From the human T2T-CHM13v2.0 reference genome, Homo sapiens: DNA of 64,000 nucleotides. The position numbers and the translations under genes were made by a program. Shown one piece after another: positions 25,688 through 36,465 of the stretch (position 1 is the stretch's first letter; every line of letters begins with the position of its first letter). Where the stretch lies: NCBI RefSeq assembly GCF_009914755.1, contig NC_060928.1; one strand, given 5' to 3'. Under the pieces are notes generated by a model. The model was not told where the DNA came from. It was given only the letters and a program-made list of their open reading frames with translations, and did no database searches.

Positions 25688-26097
25688 TGTATTAGTTAGC
25701 TAGGGTTGCTGTAACAAAATACTGCACACTGGGCAGTTTCAAAAACTGAAATTCACTTTCTCCACTTCTGGAGGCTGAAAATCTGAGATCAAAGTGTCAG
25801 CATGGTTGGTTCCTTCTGGGGGCTACGAGGAAGGATGTGTTTCAGGCTTCTTTCCTTGGCTTGTAGGTTGCCTTGGCCTCCCTCTGTCTTCACACAGTTT
25901 TCCCTCTGTACATGTCTGTGTTCAGATTTTCTCTTCTTATAAAGACACTAGTCATTACATTAGAGCCCACCTTAATGATATTATACCATTTAATTACGTC
26001 TTTAAAGATTCTATCTCAAATTATGGTTACATTCTAAAGTACTGGGGATTATAACTTCAAATACAGATTTTGGGAGGACACCAGTCAGCCCATAACA
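25688..26097 (-). mobile_element. MLT1B solo LTR
   Basis: TGTATTAGTTAGCTAGGGTTGCTGTAACAAAATAC ... CAGCCCATAACA. Confidence 0.9.
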
Positions 26098-26529
26098 TAC
26101 CTCATGACACCCATGTAGTGAAGAAAGAGAAAGAGAGAGAGAGAGGTTGGACAAAAAAGCATGGCTATGAACATTCCCATTGGCACAGTCTGTCAATCTT
26201 CATCATAAGAGAAACCTAGGTAATAAATACCTGGTAGCGTTCAACTCACTGTGGAAGTCTCAGCTGGGTTCTTTGGTCTGATTAATAGTTGATTGATAAT
26301 GCAACCATTTCAATTGATTTGCAGTAGTTTTTGGATGTTTGAGAGGTCATTGTAATCTGGAAAATGCATTAAATGTATTAACTGACATAAATAATGAAGA
26401 AATTGATTAAGCCTATAAGATCCACAGTTTTCTGATAGGTTGTGTACAGATATAAAGATACATTTTATAATTATTGAGATAATTTGCAACTATCTTATCT
26501 CTTTTCAATCGCCTAAGAAAATGTAGCTC

Positions 26530-26607
26530 TCTTAGTCTGTTCAGGCTGCTAGGACAAAAAGACCATGAACAGAGAGGCTTATAAACGACAAACATTTATT
26601 TCTCATC
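26530..26607 (-). mobile_element. MLT1A-like LTR terminal fragment
   Basis: TCTTAGTCTGTTCAGGCTGCT...GGCTTATAAACGACAAACATTTATTTCTCA. Confidence 0.7.
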
Positions 26608-27184
26608 ATGTTTTCCCATGTCCTTCCCTTTACTCTTCTTGATATTTCTTCATGCAACACTATGCCCACATTTTCTCAGAGATGAGCAAAGCATAGGTCT
26701 AACCACAAAGAAGAACTTTATAATAAAGCCATGGCATGTCCCTGGCTCCAGAGCTCACTGTTGATGGGAAAATTGATTCAATAAATATAATTCATTAAAA
26801 GAGGCTCATGACTTGAGGTATTACTAGAGTAATTCAGTGGAATTTGCCTTTGATAATAGGACTGTATGGGAGGCCAATTCTTAGCCTGAAGGAATTACCT
26901 GAGAACAAGACATGATGTCAAATCTACTTTACTAAACAACTCTATTCATGTGACCTAGAGTGTCCTATATATCAAGTCTGTGACTTAAGTCAAGGCATTA
27001 CTTTATGGGAAACTTACCCATAGAAATTAATGCCAGTAATCATTATCTTTTGAATATCTTCTGTAGTGCTTTTTGATAATTTGCATACAGCGACACATGG
27101 AATATTCCATCCAACTCATAGTGTACATATTATTTTCCCAAAGATAAAATCAGAAATTTAGTAATACTAATCAAAGCTCTAAAA

Positions 27185-30100
27185 GAGGGACAGAGCAGGA
27201 TAGCCAAATAGAAGCCTGCACTGATTGTCTCCACTGCAGAAACACCAAATTTGACAAATATCTACACAAGAAAATAACCTTCATAAGAACCAAAAATCAG
27301 ATACTAGCTCAGCCACAGTGGGGTAGAGCACCAAGCAGCCTCTTGAGATCCCCACTTCAAGGCCTGGATGATGGAAGTCATTTCTGGACCTGCCCTGTTC
27401 CAGAAGGGAGCCCACTGTCCTGAATGGTGAGTCCCAGGACTAGCAGCCTTTACCACAAGCTGAAGAGTCCTTGGGCCTGAAGTGAACACCAGAGGTAGCC
27501 CGACGGTAATCCTTGTGCACCTGTGATGGTGGTGGCCATGGGGAAAGCTCCTCTGCCTGTGGAAAGGAGAGAGAAGAATGGGAAACTCTTTGTCTCGTGG
27601 TTTCAGTTCCAGCTTAGTCATAGTAGCATAGGGCACCAGGTAGATTTCTAAGGTTTTTTACTCCAGTCCTTGGCTCCCGGATGGCATCTCTTGACCCACT
27701 TGGGACCTGGGGTAACTCACTGCCCTAAAGGGAAGGACACAGGCATGGCTGGCCTCACCACCTGCTGATTGTAGAGCCCTAGGGCCTGGAGTGAACATAG
27801 GCTGTAGTCAGGGAGTGGTTACAGCAGGTCTTGGGCAAGATCCAGTGCTGTGCTGGCTTCAGGTCTGACTCGGCACAATTCAAGTGGTGGTGGCCACAGG
27901 GGGACTTGTGTCACCCCACCCCCAACTCCAGCACGGGGAGAGAGACTCTGTTTAGGAGAAAGTAAGGGAAGAGAAGAAGAGTATCTGTCTTGTCATCCAG
28001 AGAATTCTTCCAGATGTTTTCCAAGACCACCAAGACAGTACCTCTACAATTCTGTAAGAAACACTGCATTACTGGGCTTGGGGTACCCTCTAATACAGTT
28101 ATGGTTTAGATCACAACACCCAAGTCCCTTTGAATACCTGAAAAGCCTTCCCAAGAAAGATGGGTACAAACAAGCCCAGACTTCAAAGACTACAATAAAT
28201 ATTGAACTCTTCCTTGCAGACATGGACAAACATCTGAAAGTATCAAGGCTATCCAGGAAAACGTGAGCTTACCAAACACATAAAAGAATACACCAGGAAC
28301 CAATCCTGGAGAAACAGAGATATGCAACCTTTCAGAGAGAGAATTCAAAATAGCTGTTTTGAGGGAACTCAAAAGGAATTCAGTATAACAGGGAGAAAGA
28401 ATTCCAGAATCTCTCAGATAAATTTAACTAAGATATTGAGATAATAAATAAGAATCAAGTGGAAATTCTGGAGTTGAAAAATGCAATTGACATACTGAAG
28501 AATGTATCAGAGTCTCTTAATAGCAGAATTGATCAAGCAGAAGAAAGAATTAGTGAACTTGAAAACAGGCCATTTGAAAATACAGAGTCAAAGGAGACAA
28601 AAGAAAAAAAGAATAAAAACCGGTGGCCTACAAGATCTACACAATAGCCCCAAAAGGGCAAATCTAAGAGATTTTTTGCCCTTAAAGAGCAGGTAGAGGA
28701 AGAGATAGAGGAGAAAGTTTATTCATTTGCATAATAACAGAGAACTTCCGTTTAGGAATATCAATATTCAAGTACAAGAAGGTTATATAAAACCAAAGAA
28801 GACTACCTCAAAACATTTAATAATCAAACTCCCAAAGGTCAAGATTTTTTTTTTAAAAAAAGGATCTTAAAAGCAGCAAGGGAAAAGACACAAATAAAAT
28901 ATAATGGAGCTTCCATACATCTGGCAGTACTTTCACCACTGTTGCTCAACATAGTACTGAAAATCCTAGCTAGAGCAATCAAAGAAGAGAAAGAAGTAAA
29001 GGGCATTCAAATTGAATAGAAAGAAGTCAAATTATTCTGGTTTTCAGATGACATGATCTCATATTTGAAAAAACCTAAAGACTCCACCAAAAAACTATTA
29101 AAACTGATAAATTTAGTACAGTTGCAGGATACCAAATCAACAGACAAAAATCAGTGGCATTTCAATATTCCAACAGCAAACAATCTGAAAAATAAATCAA
29201 GAAAATAATTTCATTTACAATAGGTACAAATAAAATTAAATACTTAGGAATTAGCTTAACCAAAGAAGTGGAAAATCTTTACAATGAAAACTATAAAATA
29301 TTGATGCAAGAAATTAAAGAGGACACAAAAATTTCCAAGATATCCTAATTTCATGGATTGGTAAAATGTTCATACTACCAAAGCAATCTACTGATTTAAT
29401 GCAATCCCTATAAAAATACCAATGACATTCTTCACAGAAATAGAGACAAAATCCTAAAATTTATTTGGAACCATCAAAGACCCAGAATAGCCAAAGCTAT
29501 CCTGAGCCAAAAGGACAAAATTGGAGGAATCATATTACCTGACTTCAAATTATGCTACAGAGCTATAGTAACCACAACAGCATGATATTGACATAAAAAC
29601 AGATACATAGACCAGTGAAAAAGAATCGACAATCCACAAACAAATCCATACATCTACAGTGAACTCATTTTTGACAAAGGTGCTAAGAACATACACTGGG
29701 AAAAGGACAGTCTCTTCAATATGTCGTGCTGGGAAAACTGGATACCCATATGCAGAAGAATGAATCTAAACTCTTGTATCTTGCTATATACAAAATTCTA
29801 ACCAAAATGGATTAAATACCTAAAGCTAAGACCTCAACTATGAAACTACTCAAAGAAATCATTGGGAAATCTCTCCAGGATATTGGATTGGGCAAAGATT
29901 GCTTGAGTAATAACCCAAAAGCACAGGCAACCAAAGCAAAAATGGACATATGGAGTCACATCAAGTTAAAAAGCTTCTGCACAGCAAAGGAAACAAAGTC
30001 AAGAGACAACCCACAGAATGGGAGAAAATATTTGGAAACTATCCATCTGACAATGGATTAATAACCAGAATACATAAGGGGCTCAAACAACTCTATAGGA

Positions 30101-31118
30101 AAAAAAACTAACAACCCGATTTAAAAATAGGCAAAATATTTGGATAGACATTTCTCAAAAGAAGACATACAAATGGCAAACAGACAAATGAAAAGGTGCT
30201 CAACACCATTGATCATGAGAGAAATGGAAATCAAAATTAGAATGAGATACCATCTCACCCCAGTTAGAATGGGTTTTATCCAAGTGACAGGCAAAAACAA
30301 ATGGTAGAAGGGATGTGAAGAACAAAGAACCTTCATACACTGTGAATGTAAATTAGTACAACCACTATGGAGAACAGTTTGGAGATTCCTCAAAAAACTA
30401 AAAATAAAGCTACTATATGATACAGCATCCCCATGCTAGGTATATACCCAAAAGAAAGGAAATCAGTCTCTCAAAGAGATACCTTCACTCTTATGTTTAT
30501 TGCAGCACCATTTACGATAGCCAAGATTGTCCATCAATAGATAAATGGGTAAAGAAAATATGATACTTATACACAACAGAGTACTATTCAGCCATAAAAA
30601 AGAATGAGAATCTGTCATTTGCAGTGACATGGATAGAACTGGAGGTCATTATGTTAAGTGAAATAAGCCAGGCACAGAAAGACAATTTTCACGTGTTCTC
30701 ACTTATTTGTGGGAGCTTAAAATTAAAATAATTGAACTCATGAAGATAGAGGGTAGAAGGATGGTTGCTAGAGGCTGGGAAGGGCAGTGAAGGGATATGG
30801 GGGAAGTTGGGATGGCTAATGGGTAAAATAATAGAAAAAATGAATAAGACTTATTATTTGAGAGCACAACAGGGAGACTATGACCAATAATAATTTAAAT
30901 GTACATTTTAAAATAACTAAAAGAGTATAATTAGATTGTTCATAACACAAAGGATAAATTCTTGAGGTGATGGATACCCCATTTACCCTGATGTAATTAT
31001 TCTGCATTGCCTGTCTGTACCAAAATATCTCATGTACCCCATAAATATATACTTCTACTATGTACCCACAACAATTAAAAATATAAAATTAATATAAATA
31101 AAAACTATAAATAAATAA
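27185..31118 (+). mobile_element. L1MA2-like LINE-1 retaining both ends, with two large internal deletions
   Basis: L1M1-type 5' end (CAGAGCAGGATAGCCAAATAGAAGCC), ORF1 remnant (ILELKNAIDILKNVSESLNSRIDQAEERISELE), ORF2 C-terminal remnant ([20 protein letters not shown]...[13 protein letters not shown]), L1MA2-type 3' UTR and A-rich tail. TSD AATACTAATCA at 27163-27173 and 31119-31129. Confidence 0.93.
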
Positions 31119-31572
31119 AATACTAATCATTCTTGGGTTTATCTGAAATTCAAATACTTATCTTAAATGCTATAAAGCTAGTGACTTTTAACTGAAATAC
31201 ACTGTTTTTTTACCCCCTGAATCTTAGTTACCCATTTGTGAAATAAATATGACATCTACTCATGAGACCCTTGTCGAGTCCAGTTATATTTATATAAAGG
31301 GAAGGCACTCCTCTTTCCATGGTGAGACCCGGGATGTCTGGGTGCTTTCAATCTCCCAAGCCACTCCTCCCAAAACCTCAGTTTTCAATATATTTTTGTG
31401 TATAATTATATTTACATTTATATGTATCCATCTACGAATGCTGGAGGTGAAGTCAATCCTGTCTCTCAGTCTCAGATGAGGCACATCCATCTGTGGATGG
31501 ATGGTGGTGTGGCTGCCCTCCTCCGTTTCAACTGGGCATGTGATCAGGGTCTAGGTTTGCTATTGCTCAGGG

Positions 31573-31766
31573 CAGGGTTGCCAGATTAAGCAAACAAAAA
31601 CTTAACAAGTCCAGTTAAATTTAAATTTCAAGTAAACAAAAATTTTCTGTTGCGTGTTTTATAAAATATTTTGGGCATATTCATAAAAAATTGTTGTTTA
31701 TCTCAAATTCATATATAACTGGACTTCCTGTTTTTCCTTCTTTTTTTTTTTTTTCTGGCAACCCTA
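31573..31766. mobile_element. MER53 palindromic hAT MITE
   Basis: TIRs AGGGTTGCCAGA / TCTGGCAACCCT. Internal inverted CCAGTTAAATTT...AACTGG. Confidence 0.88.
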
Positions 31767-32331
31767 ATCATAAGCCTGGGGACTAGAATCAGCAGCTCTT
31801 ACTAGAGCCAGAACCTTCCTAGGCAAGAAATTGACAAGTCAGCAATTAACAGGACAGTTGACAGAATTTGGGACAGGCATTGAGGGCCAGTCTCAAAGGT
31901 AAAGAAAAGAAGAAGACAGGCACAAAGAATGTAACTATACATCCCAAGCCCCATAGAGGACTTGGGAGGATTCTCTCCTCCCATTTGATTTTCCTCTTTC
32001 ATTTAGGGAAACAAGCAAACTATTCTGTTTTTCTGTTTACCTCAAATTTGGGAACTTTCTAGATTGACATTAATGCAATATTTTTTTCTGTTGTAGGGCC
32101 ACATGCATTCATAATACACTAAAATGTGAAAAAAGGGTATCTTTGTTTTCTCTATTTCTTATCTAGTATTTCTCAGAAGCCTCCACTTCATTGGGTGATG
32201 GAGAAAAATCTAAATTTAGTCCAGTCTGGCAAACAGTTCTATCTAATAATGCAAGTGATCTTTTGGGGATAATGCAGCTTTATAGACTTAAATGTTTTTC
32301 AGATGCTTTCTCTAATATTCCTATTTCTCAG

Positions 32332-32450
32332 GTAACCTGGTACCATCTTGAAGAGAACTCCAAAACCGTAGAGTTTATCACCTCAGAGTCCTGCCTGGAA
32401 CAAAAATCACTGATGAACTTTGAGTTCTATTACAGACCCTGTGTAGTGAG
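32332..32450 (+). other. Candidate 119-nt spliced exon (probably non-coding, unverified)
   Basis: Branch-like CTCTAAT, pyrimidine tract and TTTCTCAG acceptor at 32331. GAG|GTGAGT donor at 32451. Non-repetitive sequence. Confidence 0.35.
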
Positions 32451-33471
32451 GTGAGTATTAAAGCCAGGCCTTGATAAAAGGATAAATAACTTCTTGAGTT
32501 TCTGTAGATTCAGCAGGGATCAGAAGCCCAGCAGAGCTGACTTTCCGTATGACTGAGGTGGAGAGAATTCAAGCTATGACACAGTGAAGGCTGAAATGTG
32601 CTTCTTCTGGCCTCAACAACATTTAGAAAAGAGCTCAGTGACAGAAAAAGATATGGGAATTGAGATAATGGGGTCCTCGTTTCTCCTCAGCTTGGGATTT
32701 GGACTGGGAAACAAGGAAGTTTTAAAAAGATTCAGGAAGGTTTGGGGAACTCAGAACGTGGGGAAATGGATGACATCCTTCTCCAGGCCACCAGTCCCCA
32801 GGAGAAGCACTCCACAAGGACACCTTCAGCATGGGCAGAGGTGAGGTAGAACTATCTGTGGAGGGAGGGGGCTGGACAGTGGGCTTGAGGCAGTATGAGC
32901 AGCTCCACAGACCTGGGAGAGTGTTACAGGGATCCAGAAGTCCCCCATTGAAATGAGGGAAGGATGGAACATTTCTGTCGGGCTGGTGGTCCAGCAGAGT
33001 CTGACAGTCATGACGTAAAAGAGCCTGCAGTGTGGGGAACCGTGGTGTCTCTGCAGAAAAGCTACAACCTTGTACTCCAGACATGGGCATTCTCATGTTG
33101 ACCCTGGAAAGGTCTTAAGCCCAGTGAGCACATCAGACTGATCATCGGTTGAAACCGTGCAGACTCAGATTGACAATGCATGGGTCTATATGCACCCCTT
33201 GCTTGCTTTCTTCAAACACCTCTTGCCTGAGTGTCTGTGCATTTGTTCTTCCTTCTCTCAAGGATACCCTTTCTTTTCCTCTTCACTCCTGTGCTTTCTT
33301 AGCCTTGAGATCATTATTCCAGTTGCCTCTTCCCAGAAGACCTCCAGGACCACCACCTGCATTATATTAAGGGATTTCCCTTCTTAATTTTTCTGCTTGT
33401 CTATTTCCCGTCATCCACCACGTAAGTTCCATGATGTCAGGGCCCTTTCTGTTTGGTTAATTTCTGCATCT

Positions 33472-33632
33472 TATTATCGACTGCATGTTTGTGTACCCCT
33501 CAAATTAAATGCTGAATCCCTGAACATCAATGGAAAAGTATTTGTAAGTGGGGCCTTCAGAAGGTAATTAGATCACAAGGGTGGAGCTCTCATGATGAGA
33601 TTAGTGACGTTATAAGAATAGACAGGAAAGAG

Positions 33633-33689
<57 letters not shown>

Positions 33690-33857
33690 TGCAATGAGGA
33701 GACTGCCATCTGTAAACCAGAGGGCTCTCACCAAACTCTACCATGCAGCCTTCTGATATTGATCTTCTAGACTACAGAAGGGTGAGAAATAAATTTCTGT
33801 TGTTTAAGCTACCCAGTTAATGGTATTGTTATTATAGCAGCCAAACTGACTAAGATA
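33472..33857 (+). mobile_element. MLT1A0 solo LTR
   Basis: GGTAATTAGATCACAAGGGTGGAGCTCTCATGATG, AATAAATTTCTGTTGTTTAAGC, ending CTGACTAAGATA. TSD CATCT/TATCT. Confidence 0.88.
33635..33686 (+). repeat. (TC)26 microsatellite inside MLT1A0
   Basis: Direct reading. Confidence 0.97.
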
Positions 33858-33969
33858 TATCTTCAGTGCCTAGTACATAATGGGAATTCAATCAATATTT
33901 GTTAAAAACTGAAAGTTATTCAATTATTCTCCTCCCATATCTACTATCATTATTATATTGTCCCATCAT

Positions 33970-34185
33970 GGACTGGGCCCCTACTACATGTTGGCACCAT
34001 ACTCAACCATTTATTTAAATTATTTCTTATCGTAGAAATGCCCTGTTACATTGTGCAAGTAGACAAACTCGGGCTCTGGTGAGATAATGTTGCCTGAAGT
34101 TTTCAGATTAAATGTTAGTAAGTAGGAGAGCTAAGAATAGACTCAGATACTTCAAATTTTAAGGTTTTCTATTATGTTACCATGT
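33970..34185 (-). mobile_element. MIR
   Basis: Degenerate antisense MIR (AAACTCGGGCTCTGGTGAGATAATGTTGCCTGAAG...TAGTAAGTAGGAGAGCTAAG). Confidence 0.55.
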
Positions 34186-34264
34186 CTTTCAAATAACAAA
34201 AATAATGTTTTCATTTTACAAAGTGCTTTGGTTTATTTTGGAAAATGTGAGGTGAATTGGAAAG

Positions 34265-34470
34265 AGCACTATTAACATTTTACTCTGGATAATTCCTTGC
34301 TATAGGGTGTTCTTCTGTGCACTGAAAGATGGTTAGCAGTATTCCTGGCCTCTATCCACTAGGTGCCAATAGTATAAATGGTCCCCTTCCCCAGTTGTGA
34401 CAACCCCAAATCTCCAAACATTGCCAAACATCTCGTGGATGCACAATTAATCCCAATGGAGAACCAGTGG
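34265..34470. mobile_element. MER20 hAT-Charlie MITE
   Basis: GCACTATTAACATTTT...GGATAATTC...CCTGGCCTCTATCCACTAGGTGCCA...CCCCAGTTGTGACAACC...GAGAACCAGTG. Confidence 0.9.
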
Positions 34471-34619
34471 TTTAAACTGACACCATTTGTGTGATCTTGG
34501 TCAGTTTATTTGTATCCGTGAGCTCAGTCCCCTCCACCACAGAGAGGAATCACAATATTTGCCACCCGCACTACAAAGCTCATCAAGCCAGTATATCTGG
34601 TGAGATGAAAGGGAATCAC

Positions 34620-34790
34620 CATATATTGAGAGCCTGTTGTATGTAAGGCATCACTCCAGCCTGCATGTTTTCTTGTTTAGTCCACCCCACATCCTTGTGA
34701 AGTCCTATTATCTCTTTTTTACATACGAAGAAAGTCAGGTTCAGAGAAGTAAAGTAACATGCTTAAAGTCACAGATTCAGCAGGCATGAG
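34620..34790 (-). mobile_element. MIR
   Basis: TTTTTACATACGAAGAAAGTCAGGTTCAGAGAAGTAAAGTAACATGCTTAAAGTCACAG. Confidence 0.75.
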
Positions 34791-34939
34791 AGAGCAGTCA
34801 CACTTCATAGCAAGTGCAATGGAAAAATGTGACTGGTCAACTCTAACCTACGATACATGTGGAAAATATGATAGGTTGCTACACGTGGTTAATTGGTCAA
34901 TATTATCACCCTGCAACAAGACAAACAACAACAAAAATT

Positions 34940-35171
34940 TTATATATATATATATATACATATATTTATATACACATTTTGTTATTTGAAAGATATGATA
35001 ACATAATAGAAAACCTTAACATTTGAAGTATCCGAGTATATATACATATATATACACACACACATATACACACACATATATTTACACATATATGTGTATA
35101 TATATGTATACACATATATATGCATATATACACACATATATACACATATATACACATATATACATATATAT

Positions 35172-35209
<38 letters not shown>
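34940..35209. repeat. Compound (TA)n/(CA)n/(CATATA)n alternating purine-pyrimidine tracts
   Basis: Direct reading. Main tract is 35037-35209. Confidence 0.92.
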
Positions 35210-35647
35210 CCTGAGTCAAAAAGGAAGTGGAAATGTTAGTAAATGCCTTGAGTTTGTAAACTTGTATAGACATTCTTTAATTTCCTTTATGACTATGAAA
35301 ATAAATATTTTACCTTCACAGAAAGGAAACGATCCATAGACATCATTAAAAAACACTGATGAACCCCTTATACAATAGCATTTTATTCTCATGAAAGAAC
35401 AAGGTTATGTCCAGCACTAGAGTCTATCACATTAGTGTAATTTCATGGAGCATCGATACTTCAAACTTTTGTTTTTAACTGCTTTTATGTTTTTCAGGAA
35501 TTTTACTGTTGTCATTATTTTTTACATAAATGTACTTTGTGTTCTCTGTAAGGATTAAGCAGGAAAAAAGTATTGTTTTGGAGAGAGAGAGACTGGGGGG
35601 TGAAAGGGAAGAAGGAAGGAAGGGACAGACAGTATGAAGACCATTCC

Positions 35648-35936
35648 AGCTGGGCGCGCCGGCTCACACCATTAATCCCAACATTCTGGGAGGCCGAGGT
35701 GGGCGGATCACTTGAGGTCAAGAGTTCGAGGCCAGCCTGGCCAACATGGTGAAACCCCGTCTCTACTAAAAAAATACAAAAATTAGCTGGGTGTGGTAGT
35801 GTATGCCTGCAATCCCAGGTACTTGGGAGGCTGAGGCAGGATAATTGCTTAAACCCAGGAGGCAGAGGTTTCAGTGAGCCGGGATCCAGCCTGGGCAACA
35901 GAGCAAGACTCCATCTCCAAAAAAAAAAAAAAAAAA
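35648..35936 (+). mobile_element. AluS (Sz/Sx-like) with a small right-arm deletion
   Basis: Dimer with poly(A). GAGCCGGGATCCAGCC lacks the usual CGCGCCACTGCACT segment. Flanking ATTCCA duplication. Confidence 0.95.
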
Positions 35937-36381
35937 TTCCAAGAAGTCACAGGTGAGGAAGCCATAAGACAACATCCTTTTTCTCTGTGAGAGAAAAAAA
36001 AAAGTGACTTTTAAAGTGCACTGAGTCTGCTGAGTACTTGTGAATAATTTCAGAACTGAGACCCTGTAGCACTCTTGGAGCTGCTGAGCCAGCTGCCATC
36101 CCCGCACCCCACCTCACCAACTCCCTGGCTTCCCCCACTTGTGCCAGCACTGCCAGGTGGCACTCAGAGAGCCTCCAGGGGTGTGTCTCCAGACCTGCCA
36201 TTACCTACAGGAAGGGGCTTACATAGACCAGGGAAAGCCAACCCTGCCTTTTCAAAGGAACTTCATGCAGCCTGGGGACTTTTTTGACTTCTGTGAATTG
36301 TATCATCAGCTTTCCTGGTTCTCAGGGGATAACTATCTATCTTCTACAGAAAAATCTTTCTTTTCTATAGAGAGAACAATG

Positions 36382-36384
<3 letters not shown>

Positions 36385-36460
<76 letters not shown>
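36385..36460 (+). repeat. (TC)20(TA)18 compound microsatellite
   Basis: Direct reading. Confidence 0.97.

Positions 36461-36465
<5 letters not shown>

Larger units (their letters stand above)
33230..33912 (+). mobile_element. L2 3' region split by MLT1A0
   Basis: GTAAGTTCCATGATGTCAGGG...TCTGCATCT [LTR] TCAGTGCCTAGTACATAATG...AATATTTGTT. Confidence 0.75.

Noticed and set aside
27850-30393. L1 ORF1/ORF2-like peptides
   Set aside because: Fragmented by stops, frameshifts and deletions. Dead element, not a CDS.
34966-35339. Several Tyr/Ile/His/Thr-rich ORFs
   Set aside because: Translations of TA/CA microsatellites.
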